IMG/VR virus record: IMGVR_UViG_3300036781_000418
Coordinates: 1-64,000 of that record
Direction: 5' to 3' (one strand)
DNA length: 64,000 bases
Below the pieces are notes generated by a model, which was not told where the DNA came from, did no database searches, and was given only the letters and a program-made list of their open reading frames with translations. The number at the start of each line of letters is the position of its first letter. Positions within the stretch are counted from its first letter, which is position 1. The position numbers and the translations under genes were made by a program. This document shows, in pieces, positions 55,394 to 64,000 of the stretch.

Positions 55394-57766
55394 TCAGACG
55401 CCGCCGGCGTTAACACCCATCACAACCACAGTTGCTTGGAGTGGCGAGTTGAACGTCACCGTCAGTGTGTTAGCATCAACGTAGGTGATGCTCTGTGGGA
55501 TGACCACTTCGTCAGTGTCGTCCACGACCGTCACGTTGCAGTACTTCTGGCCCAGGTTGTGGCCGACCGAGTGGGACGTCGATGCCGAAACGGCTTGGTA
55601 CAGGAAGTAGATCTGCTGGTTGACGAACTCGGAACCGTTGAAGATCACCGCGTCACCACCAGTGGCGGACGTGATGGTCACATCGGAGAGGTCGTCCAGT
55701 GCGAGGTCGTTAGCCGTAACCACACCAGCGGTAACCGTGAAGTCACCGGAGTCGAAGGATGCAACACCCTTGACGGAGTCAGTAGCGTCGATACCTGAGA
55801 AGGTTACTACATTGCCATCAGAAACTGCAACCGCAAGGCCAGTACCGGAGGTGACTTCAAAGTTGAGGTCTTGACCCAGTTCCATTGGCTCAACTTGGGC
55901 GGCTGAGTTCGACTGCAGCGTGATCACGCCACCGGTCGAGAGCTTCGTGTTGGTGATGCCAGCGTCCTTGACTTGCACGACGTTCGTGGCAACTTCAATG
56001 GTCGAGTCATCAACGTTGACGGCGAGAGCCGAACCAGCGCCACCAGTCAGGCCGGAACCAGCCACCGAAGCTGCAAGCTCAGTTGCCGTAACACCGGAAG
56101 CCACGATGAAGAGGCCGCCGACGCCTTGGTCGAGCTGTGCGGTGTTGGTCAAGAGCTGCAGTTGAGCAGCCGTGTCGGTCGTGCGGTCCGTACCTGAGGA
56201 AGTCAGGATCAGGGCGCCGGTCGTTGGGTTGAACAGGTCGATACCGACTTCGTCAGTTGGGAGCTGAGCGATACCAGCACCAAGGTTGACGTTGAAGGTG
56301 TTACCAGCCAGCGAGAGACCCGTACCAGCGGAGTACGTACCAGCACCAGTGAACTGGGTGAATGAGACTGGGTCAGTGCCAACCGTCGTGACGGCGTTGA
56401 CTTGGGTCCAACCGGAACCTGCGTTCAGGGTACCTTCACCAACGAAGATTGCGGAACCTTCGAACTCAACGGCGTCGTCCATGTCCGTCGAACGGGTCAG
56501 GGCGGCGGCTGCTGCGGTGAAAACGTAGATACCGTTTTCAGCTGGAGCGGTTTGGTCCTTGATCAGCACGCGATCGTTGGCGGCCAGGGTCACACCGTCG
56601 AGGGCGGCTGGAGCCGAAGCGAGGTCAACGTTGGCGGTCGAGGCGGCGCGAGCGGCGGTCTTCCAAGAGAGGCCAGCAACGGCAGCGTCGAGCTGGTTCT
56701 TGTTGACAGCGTCTGTGCCGCCTTCAGCTGGAGCAATACCCGTAACCTTATTGCCGTTAAATCCAATGTCAGCGCTAACCACCGATGAACCATCAACGGC
56801 GATGAAATCGCCAGCGGCGTGCGTAGCTGCAGTGCCAAGTCCAAGGGCAGTGCGAGCTGCAGACCCATTCAACAGCGAGTAGCGAGCACCTTCAGCGCCA
56901 CCGTTGCCAACGATGAAATCGCCGCTAGCTGGGGTGAAGGCGGCGAGCTGGGCCAGGTCAACGTCATACGCTTGGACGTTGGTACCAGGAACGAGCGACA
57001 GGGTCGTTTGAACTTGGGAAGGCGTCTGCGATTCGTAACCACTGGCGGTGCCAACGATGAAGTTGCCAGCAGCTGGAGTCAGGGCGGCGATAGCCGAGAG
57101 GTCTGGGTCAAACGCTTGGACGTCGGTACCGATTACAACACCGAGGGTGGTGCGGGCGGTAGCGGAGTCAGCGTCGTCGAGCAGGGTGCGGGCGTAGGCC
57201 GTCAGGGACGCGGTTGCGTACGTGTCACCAGCGGTGGTGTACAGCATCTGGTTGGCCGCGGTCGTGAGACTAGCGATCGAGTCCAGTGCAGGGTCATTCG
57301 CTTGAACACCAGAGGTCGCGCCAGTAGCAGCCGCGGTCCAAGTGCCAGCGTTGTTGTAGATCACCTGACCGTTGGTGCCTGGAAGGATCTCGTCAAGGGT
57401 GTCCTTGCCGGAGATGGCCGAGTCAAGCTGGGCCAACGCGTTGGTGACGCTGGTTGGCGTGTGGACGTTGGCGAAGGCTGAGAAGGCGGCGGCGTTGAAC
57501 GTGCCGTCGGTGTTGATAGACGCACCAAGTGCGGCTTCAAGCGCGTCAAGTTCGACCTGGATGCCAGCAGCGTCGCCGCCAGTAGCAAATGGAACCCAAC
57601 CGGCACCGTCGTAGAACTTGAATTCTGCGGTGGTCGTGTTGAAGTAGATGCGGCCCTTGTTAGCGCTGGTTTGGCTAGCTGGGTCGGCGGACAGTCGCTC
57701 TACGTACAGGTTCTGAATTTCGCCTGAGGCGTCGGTATTCAGTACAAGATTGCCATTGAGTTTCAT
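55394..57766 (-). CDS. tail fibre protein
   Basis: ARTTLG/VQA.D repeats; DRVLIKDQT..NGIY domain; C-terminal HNLG domain. Confidence 0.85.
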   Translation of the reverse strand: MKLNGNLVLNTDASGEIQNLYVERLSADPASQTSANKGRIYFNTTTAEFKFYDGAGWVPFATGGDAAGIQVELDALEAALGASINTDGTFNAAAFSAFANVHTPTSVTNALAQLDSAISGKDTLDEILPGTNGQVIYNNAGTWTAAATGATSGVQANDPALDSIASLTTAANQMLYTTAGDTYATASLTAYARTLLDDADSATARTTLGVVIGTDVQAFDPDLSAIAALTPAAGNFIVGTASGYESQTPSQVQTTLSLVPGTNVQAYDVDLAQLAAFTPASGDFIVGNGGAEGARYSLLNGSAARTALGLGTAATHAAGDFIAVDGSSVVSADIGFNGNKVTGIAPAEGGTDAVNKNQLDAAVAGLSWKTAARAASTANVDLASAPAALDGVTLAANDRVLIKDQTAPAENGIYVFTAAAAALTRSTDMDDAVEFEGSAIFVGEGTLNAGSGWTQVNAVTTVGTDPVSFTQFTGAGTYSAGTGLSLAGNTFNVNLGAGIAQLPTDEVGIDLFNPTTGALILTSSGTDRTTDTAAQLQLLTNTAQLDQGVGGLFIVASGVTATELAASVAGSGLTGGAGSALAVNVDDSTIEVATNVVQVKDAGITNTKLSTGGVITLQSNSAAQVEPMELGQDLNFEVTSGTGLAVAVSDGNVVTFSGIDATDSVKGVASFDSGDFTVTAGVVTANDLALDDLSDVTITSATGGDAVIFNGSEFVNQQIYFLYQAVSASTSHSVGHNLGQKYCNVTVVDDTDEVVIPQSITYVDANTLTVTFNSPLQATVVVMGVNAGGV

Positions 57767-57794
57767 CGAGAAGTTCTCCTAATTTACGATTGGG

Positions 57795-58049
57795 TCAGAG
57801 GATCCGCTTGGCAGCAGTGGTCAGGGTTCGAACAGCATTATTGAACGCAACTGGCTCGACCATAGTTTGACCCAGGTTGAATTCAGTCACAACGCTCACT
57901 TCAACATTCGAAAACATGAAGATACCCTTACGACCATCTTTTTCGATGGAGTCGAGACGGTATCCCTTAACCTTTAGAACCGCGGCGAAGACGATGTCAT
58001 TCGTCTCCACATTTTGCAGGCTGCTCATGATCTTGCTCTGGGTATTCAT
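57795..58049 (-). CDS. small protein (DUF5659-like)
   Basis: T.DI.FAA.L...GY.L..I...G...F.F pattern; TAAATA at 58058-58063. Confidence 0.6.
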   Translation of the reverse strand: MNTQSKIMSSLQNVETNDIVFAAVLKVKGYRLDSIEKDGRKGIFMFSNVEVSVVTEFNLGQTMVEPVAFNNAVRTLTTAAKRIL

Positions 58050-58077
58050 TCACAGGGTATTTAGACCAAGGGCCCGG

Positions 58078-59013
58078 TCAGAACAAGAAAATCACCGCAC
58101 GACCGGCCTGTGAGCTGGTAAAGTGCACAGTGAGGTTGTCCGCGTCAATAATCTCCACACCGTCTGGCCACACTTGGAAGCCTGAATGGTCGTAGATGGT
58201 GACTTGGGCGTTGATTGAGTTCTGGCCGTGGTTGATCGCCCAGGTGACGGCACCGCTGGCTTCGAAGTAGGCGTAGGTTCGGATCGTGGCACCGGCTGAA
58301 CCGATGGCCGAGTCGATCGACTCCAGCGCTTCTTGGACGTTGGCACCTGAAATGTGGGTGAACGGGCCTTGCACGCTGACCTGTTCGGCGGTGTGCTTGA
58401 CTAGACTGTCCGACGCCAAGTGGAGCGTTAGCGCGGCGTGGTCGGCCGAGATGTCGACACCGTTGATCGTCGTCGCGACCTGCAGCTGGTAGACCGAGGT
58501 CAACCCAGCGCTGTCGATCTTGAAGACGTCCTGTCCACCGTGGGCGAGACGGAACCTGACAAGGTCCGTCAGCATCGTGACACCAACAACCGGCTCAATT
58601 AGGAGGGCCGAGGTGTTGCCGTCAGGTGGGTTGATGTTGACCTGATCCAGGTTCGAGATCGTACCGTCGATGACCGTCGAGGAGCCTTGCACCTCGAAGT
58701 CGCCGGTGATGGTGACCTTACCCGTGACCGCGTCGACCTTAAGAACCTTCGAGCTCGTTGAGCTGAAGATCAGGTCCTTGGACGGTGATAGGTTGATGAC
58801 GCCGTTCGAGTTGTCGTAGACACCCTGCAGCGTGGACGTGACGATGTTCGTCCCACTGCCGTCGGTGGACGTACCGTCGGCGAAGATCAGCGGCTTACCG
58901 TCAACGAAGAAGGTTGGGCCGATGACCCCACCCGCGTTGATCGTATCGCCGTTGGCTAGTCGGTGCAGCTCACCAGTTGATGAGACATAGGCAACGTATT
59001 TTCCTACAGTCAT
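58078..59013 (-). CDS. virion structural protein
   Basis: TLQGVYD, NVQEALESID; C-terminal W.I.H domain. Confidence 0.75.
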   Translation of the reverse strand: MTVGKYVAYVSSTGELHRLANGDTINAGGVIGPTFFVDGKPLIFADGTSTDGSGTNIVTSTLQGVYDNSNGVINLSPSKDLIFSSTSSKVLKVDAVTGKVTITGDFEVQGSSTVIDGTISNLDQVNINPPDGNTSALLIEPVVGVTMLTDLVRFRLAHGGQDVFKIDSAGLTSVYQLQVATTINGVDISADHAALTLHLASDSLVKHTAEQVSVQGPFTHISGANVQEALESIDSAIGSAGATIRTYAYFEASGAVTWAINHGQNSINAQVTIYDHSGFQVWPDGVEIIDADNLTVHFTSSQAGRAVIFLF

Positions 59014-60656
59014 GGACGGACTCCAATGGTAAGGCTGAGGGTGTTATCATCGGTGGTCGAATCATGCTCTGGGCTCGTAACATCGCCGTAAAGCTGGACG
59101 GCGACCGCGGTCGAAGCCACGGTGAGGTCGAACGTCGAGGAGGTGAAGCCACCTGAAGCAAGGGCCGTCACGGCTGGTAGGGTGATCGTACGGTAGACGC
59201 CGTCGTCGGTAATGATCGTGCCCATCGGCGCGTTCGTCACGGAGACCAAGGATCCGTCTGAGCTACGCAGCTTGACGGAACGTGCCACGTTGGTCGCGTC
59301 GCCCAAGCCGTCGTTCGAGACGTTGACTTGGAGGGTGAACGCTTGACCAGCGGTTGCTTGGAACGGGGCGTTGAACGAGATGCCGAGGTTCGTGTTGCCA
59401 GCGCCTGAACCAGGAGCCAGCACCGTGACGTAGTTTGCGCGGATCTTTTCAGAGGAACCGAAGGTGTTCGAGGCAACTTCACGGACCGTGTAGGTACCTG
59501 GCGTGGAGTACACGTAGACTGGGTTGACCACCGTCGTGTCGATGAAACCGTCGTTGTTGAAGTCCCACTGGATCGTGTCTGGGGCGCCGGTCGAGGCGTC
59601 CATAAACTGGACCGTAAGTGGTGCTACACCAGTAACTGGATCACCTGAGAAGTCCGCCACTGGCGTACCAGACGGCGGCGATGGAGGTGGCGCTGGGGTC
59701 GAGCCAGGCTCGTCGATCACGATGGCTTGCTTGATCTCAACGTAGATGGAGTCCACGTCTTGGATGAAGCCGAACTGTTGGATGACGCCGCTTGATGGGG
59801 CCGTCGTGGTGACCTCACCCGTTGGACCGCAGAAGACTGGACGACCGATCTGATCGTCCGTCCAAGTCCACGCTTGGTTTTGGACGATGCCGTCGGAGAT
59901 GATGATGCCGACTTCACCTTCGTAGAGGTCCTCAACCACGATACCGGCGAGGCGTGTACTCTGGTCAGATGAGCGACCAAGCACCATGCGACGTCCACGG
60001 TGGAACTGCACGATGCTGAAGGTTGGGATGTACTCGTTGGCCATGCCGCTGATGACCGTGCTCTCAACTCGAACCGTGGCGGTGCCGTAGTTCGTGATGT
60101 TCAGCCAGTCAGTCGACGTGACGAAGCTACCGTCGCTCTGGCGCAGTGGGTGGCCAAAGCTGTCGAGCATGATGTGTCCAGCGTCGAAGCTGCCGTTCAA
60201 TCCAGCTTGCGAGCCGATCGGCGCTGGAATCAAGACGGCGGACGATGAGTACGTACCAGCGAAGAGTCGAACCTTGTCCAACCACTTCGTGCCGTTCCAG
60301 ACGCGCATGACGTACTGGAGGGTGTCGAACCAGTGTTGGTCTACGCTCGGCGACGTTGGAGCGTCGGACGTGTAGATCGGCGGGAACGAGGTGTAGCTAC
60401 GGGTAAGTTCGCCAGTGAGCAGGTTGACGTCCCAGTACAAGTACTGGGTGGTTGTGCCGGAAAATGGACCCCAAGCGTGCTGAACCGTGCGCAGCTCTTC
60501 AACCAGGTACGTGGCCTGCTTGTGCGCAAAGATGAGAATTGTTGGGTCGGGGGAGACAATCAGATCGACGAAAGCACCGTTCCGCTGTAGGAAGATTGGA
60601 TTCCCATACAGATCGGTCTGGTGCCGTGCGATACCTTGTCTGAAGGTCACGAGCAT
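59010..60656 (-). CDS. virion structural protein with PKD and C-terminal Ig-like domain
   Basis: PVADF..G.APLTVQF.D.S..WDF.NDG..Y..PGTYTV; TAAATA at 60687-60692. Confidence 0.8.
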   Translation of the reverse strand: MLVTFRQGIARHQTDLYGNPIFLQRNGAFVDLIVSPDPTILIFAHKQATYLVEELRTVQHAWGPFSGTTTQYLYWDVNLLTGELTRSYTSFPPIYTSDAPTSPSVDQHWFDTLQYVMRVWNGTKWLDKVRLFAGTYSSSAVLIPAPIGSQAGLNGSFDAGHIMLDSFGHPLRQSDGSFVTSTDWLNITNYGTATVRVESTVISGMANEYIPTFSIVQFHRGRRMVLGRSSDQSTRLAGIVVEDLYEGEVGIIISDGIVQNQAWTWTDDQIGRPVFCGPTGEVTTTAPSSGVIQQFGFIQDVDSIYVEIKQAIVIDEPGSTPAPPPSPPSGTPVADFSGDPVTGVAPLTVQFMDASTGAPDTIQWDFNNDGFIDTTVVNPVYVYSTPGTYTVREVASNTFGSSEKIRANYVTVLAPGSGAGNTNLGISFNAPFQATAGQAFTLQVNVSNDGLGDATNVARSVKLRSSDGSLVSVTNAPMGTIITDDGVYRTITLPAVTALASGGFTSSTFDLTVASTAVAVQLYGDVTSPEHDSTTDDNTLSLTIGVRP

Positions 60657-60724
60657 GTTGAGCGCCTCAGCGGTTTAGATCAGACCTATTTAGAAGGCTG
60701 ACCTAAACCGGCTGGTCCTGGCGA

Positions 60725-61369
60725 TCAGGTCACCGTGATGATCAGGCTGTACGTCAGCGTGAGTTCACGGGAGCCCGTGTGCTCGATCGGGGAGAAGATC
60801 AGGTGGGAGAGCATCAGCTCGTCCGCTTCGTCGGCGAGGTACGGACCCGAGAAGGTGCCGTCGCCCTGGGTAAAGAGCCCCAGTTCGTCGAAGAAGTACT
60901 GACCATCAGGGTCCAACGTAGCGTCGGTGCTTGGGTCCGGAGTTGGCGTGGCGCTCGAGGCGTCGTCGCTTGGGCGGTTCACGGCTTGGTTGGCCGAGAT
61001 GACGCACGTGACGATCACACGTTGGGAGATGGTCGCTGGAACCGGTCCGTACACGACCGAGTTGCCGGCGTCCGCGCCCGCCGAACCAGCGTCAACGATC
61101 TCGTAGTACGTCGCTTGGTAGAGGTCGGCCGTCGTGCCAGTGGTGTTTGGTGGACGGAAGACGATCTGTTGCGAGGAGTCGATGTACGTGCCCTGGTTAC
61201 CAAGCTTCAGCTTGTAGATCTGCGCGTGGGCGGAGTTCGAAAGTCCACGGGCGATGGCGATGGCCATGTTGCCTGGGTGGATGGCGTTCTTCTGATCCAG
61301 CAAAACCTTGCCGGTATCGTCCGTGATACGCACGTGACCTTCGACATGGGTCTTGAATTGTTCCTTCAT
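60725..61369 (-). CDS. virion structural (baseplate-type) protein
   Basis: EGHV.I.D, KNAIH..N, FDELGL, H.IFSP..Y pattern; TAAATA at 61396-61401. Confidence 0.7.
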   Translation of the reverse strand: MKEQFKTHVEGHVRITDDTGKVLLDQKNAIHPGNMAIAIARGLSNSAHAQIYKLKLGNQGTYIDSSQQIVFRPPNTTGTTADLYQATYYEIVDAGSAGADAGNSVVYGPVPATISQRVIVTCVISANQAVNRPSDDASSATPTPDPSTDATLDPDGQYFFDELGLFTQGDGTFSGPYLADEADELMLSHLIFSPIEHTGSRELTLTYSLIITVT

Positions 61370-61398
61370 TGGGGCCTCTTGGGTTAGCGATGCTCTAT

Positions 61399-64000
61399 TT
61401 AGGTGATCGCAAGTTTGAAGTTGTTGGCTTGTCCGACACCAAACCTAAAGAGTCGGGTGTTGATTCGTTCAAGGTACGCGACTGGGGTTGGGGACGGTTC
61501 GGTCTCAAACCAGATGTACACGGTTGGCGGCACTGGAATATCAGTGGCGAACGACAGCTCGATGACTTGACCCGTGCCGGTCAAGTCCGTTTCGTAGTCG
61601 ACCCAGGCGCCAGTTGGGACTGATGGCAGTGGCACGTAGCTGGACACCATGAAGGTGGCCTGCACGTAGGCGATCTTGTCGTAGCCGCCAACTCCCCAAC
61701 CCATCATGTCGTAGGTCGTGCCGTACTCGTTGAGGTTGAGGTACATGGCGTCGACGATCTGGGCGCCGGTGACGTCACCTTCCACTTGGTCCGTGTCCAC
61801 CGCCAGGCCGCTGGTTGGGAAGCCGAATGACTCAGGCTGCAGGGTGGCGAGGTTCGTCAGGAACTCGGCCTTGAGCGGTGCGGTGTCTGTGGCGATGGTA
61901 GTGGCGGTCGCGGCGTTGATCGCGTCGACCTGGACGTTGTAGTCGGCGATGGTTGAGTTAATCTCAGCCGTGATCTGCAGTCGACGTGCTGGAGTAGTCG
62001 CTGGGTTGTTCATCTCCGCGGTCAGCGCGTCGACTTGGGTGGACGTCGTGGTCGCCAGCGTCGTGATCTGGGTGGCGTCGGCTTGCAGGTCAGTGGACCA
62101 CACGTCGGCCGGTGTCAGGTCAACGTACGGCGTCAGCAGCGTCGTGAGGTTCGTCAGCTCAGCCTGGTCTGGGCCAGACAAGGTCGCACGTGCCTTCAGC
62201 TCGACGGCACGCATGAACATGTCGTAGACTGAGCGGTTGACGAGGTCGTCCGCCTCGATGGCGGCTTGGAACTCAATGAAGGTCGTGTCGTCCAAGTTAG
62301 CGTCGACGAGGTAGGCCTGCACCAAGCTCGTGTAAAGTTCAAGGTTGGCCGTCTCGGTGTCCGACAGACCAACGTCCAGTTGCTTCGCACGCAGCACCTT
62401 GGCCAACGAGAAGAACGTCGAGAACGGGTAGCCGATGTCGTAGTAGCCGTCGACTTGATCTTCGAAGTCGTAGCCACCGGTGTCGTACCCTTGCAGGAAG
62501 CCGGTGAACGTGTCGTCAAGGTTGACGGCTGCGGTCTCTTCATGGACCTGGGAGATGGCCCACTGTGGATCTTCAACGACCTGAATGTTGATCGTGTCGT
62601 TGAAGAGGAAGCCCTCGTCGACGCCACCACCACTGATCAGGATGTTCAGCGTCTCGCTGAAGTTGACGTTGAAGTGTTCGTTCAGCCCTGAACCGACGGT
62701 CAAGAAGACGGACTCGGCGTTCAGCGGCATGTAGGAGCTGAAGAAGCCGGTGTCCCACGTCACGCCCCAACCAGCGGCGTCGTTCTGCAGCGTGCCGACG
62801 GCCTCGCCAGTGGACGCGGCCGTGATGTCCACCGCGACCTGTGGGTCAGTGAAGATCGCCTCGGAGGTTGCACCGTCACGGCGGTTGAACAGGATTGGAA
62901 TCCAGTCGGAGAGGACGTCGATCTCAGGCGAGGTCGTGTCGACCTGCGTCAAGCCAGCCGAGTAGTTGACGAAGCGTGGGTCGATTGAGACGGGCTCCAG
63001 CACCTCAAGCGTCGTCGCGTGGGCCATGTTGACTGGACGGATCGCGAAGCGGATGTTGTTCGCCTTGGTGCGTTCGAACAGGAGGTAGTCGTCGGCGGAC
63101 GGCAGGCGAGCTGGGGTGGCCTTCAAGATGGCGAGGTCGCGACCGATGGACAGCGAGCGATCGTCACCCAGCAGCGACATCGTGAAGAGCTTACCGACGG
63201 TCGCCGAACCAGCGGTTGGCAGGCTGATCGTGACGTACAGGTCCTTGACTTGGTCGGTGCCGGCTCCAACGAGTTCACCGTTGCGGTACAGCATCCACTG
63301 TTCGCCCTTGGAGCCCTTGATCGTGTAGTTGAACGATGGGCAGTCTGGACGGACGTAGTCAAGGGTCAGGTCACCGGCGCTGGTCGTCCACACGTTCTCG
63401 GCCGATTCAGGGAGGAGGCCGTTGTAGAAGCCCTCCGAGACGGCGTCGTCGAAGAACTCACGCACCTCGTAGACTTGGGCTTCAGGTGGTTCGATGTAGA
63501 AGCCGACCATGCCGTTGAAGTACCACTGACCCACCTGGGCGGACGGCATCCAACCGTTGGCGGACGAGTGGACGAGGTACGACGGGCTGAACCCGTACGT
63601 TTCAAAGGTGAAGACGTCACCAGCGTCCAGGCCACCAAGTCCTGGTACCACGGTGAAGTGAATGCCAAGGTCGTCGTCCTTGTAGGACAGGCCGTCCGTA
63701 AAGCTGATTACCTTGAGCGGATCGTAGAGCTGCGCGCCAGCGTTGGCGGTCGCCGTCGAGATTCCTGAGATCGTGTAGGTGTTCGTGTCCAGCCACGTCA
63801 GCGCCCACTGGGCTTGCGTGTCCTTCTGGAACGTGTCACCGTGCATGATCAGGCGCGGGGTGTGCGAGGAGACCAGCCCGTCGGTGTCAGCCACTGGCGG
63901 CTTGTTGATGATCGTCCAGTTGAACACGTCACCACCGTCCGTGTTCTCTTGGGAGAACGTCGAGGCGGTCGTCGAGGCGTACCAGCTTGAGCTCAGGCGC
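61399..64000 (-). CDS. large virion structural protein, 5' end outside the window
   Basis: Frame stays open to the window edge; acidic, beta-rich, with GYD repeats; lies in the structural cluster. Confidence 0.75.
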   Translation of the reverse strand, partial: RLSSSWYASTTASTFSQENTDGGDVFNWTIINKPPVADTDGLVSSHTPRLIMHGDTFQKDTQAQWALTWLDTNTYTISGISTATANAGAQLYDPLKVISFTDGLSYKDDDLGIHFTVVPGLGGLDAGDVFTFETYGFSPSYLVHSSANGWMPSAQVGQWYFNGMVGFYIEPPEAQVYEVREFFDDAVSEGFYNGLLPESAENVWTTSAGDLTLDYVRPDCPSFNYTIKGSKGEQWMLYRNGELVGAGTDQVKDLYVTISLPTAGSATVGKLFTMSLLGDDRSLSIGRDLAILKATPARLPSADDYLLFERTKANNIRFAIRPVNMAHATTLEVLEPVSIDPRFVNYSAGLTQVDTTSPEIDVLSDWIPILFNRRDGATSEAIFTDPQVAVDITAASTGEAVGTLQNDAAGWGVTWDTGFFSSYMPLNAESVFLTVGSGLNEHFNVNFSETLNILISGGGVDEGFLFNDTINIQVVEDPQWAISQVHEETAAVNLDDTFTGFLQGYDTGGYDFEDQVDGYYDIGYPFSTFFSLAKVLRAKQLDVGLSDTETANLELYTSLVQAYLVDANLDDTTFIEFQAAIEADDLVNRSVYDMFMRAVELKARATLSGPDQAELTNLTTLLTPYVDLTPADVWSTDLQADATQITTLATTTSTQVDALTAEMNNPATTPARRLQITAEINSTIADYNVQVDAINAATATTIATDTAPLKAEFLTNLATLQPESFGFPTSGLAVDTDQVEGDVTGAQIVDAMYLNLNEYGTTYDMMGWGVGGYDKIAYVQATFMVSSYVPLPSVPTGAWVDYETDLTGTGQVIELSFATDIPVPPTVYIWFETEPSPTPVAYLERINTRLFRFGVGQANNFKLAIT

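Noticed and set aside
1-64000. Many long antisense or alternate-frame ORFs in the track (e.g. 4558..5532-, 19836..21023-, 44328..45134-, 52043..52831+)
   Set aside because: Shadows of GC-rich, codon-biased real genes; no RBS, promoter or motifs
1-64000. Stop-codon reassignment
   Set aside because: Conserved genes are full length in the standard code, and TAA, TAG and TGA all end genes

Overview
The window is a 64-kb fragment of a large, fairly GC-rich lytic tailed dsDNA phage with T4-superfamily/jumbo-myovirus features. The host is probably Gram-negative, since an i-spanin/o-spanin pair is present. It contains two blocks of tail-fibre/baseplate genes and a T4-like replication module: DsbA, family-B DNA polymerase, probable clamp, RNase H/5' exonuclease, primase, helicase, and DEDDh and PD-(D/E)xK nucleases. 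It also carries RNA-repair genes (Rnl1-type ligase, Thg1), PhoH, an SLT, an M23+GH108 fused peptidoglycan hydrolase next to PAAR and spanins, and many hypothetical genes. No tRNA, rRNA, CRISPR array, integrase or transposase was recognised. The most interesting signals are: (1) a tandem, more AT-rich array of paralogous proteins with capsid-targeting-like N-termini (MKLxHLFE), a candidate battery of injected effectors; (2) a late-expressed, probably virion-packaged protein with RNA-ligase nucleotidyltransferase motifs; (3) an orphan ORF that begins with a copy of the T4 major-capsid Gol peptide; (4) a GGAYGC-N18-TAYAAT promoter class in front of replication genes, besides TAAATA late promoters; (5) dispersed intergenic repeat families; and (6) a structured phoH leader with a remote anti-Shine-Dalgarno. 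All calls come from motif recognition by eye. No database searches were run.
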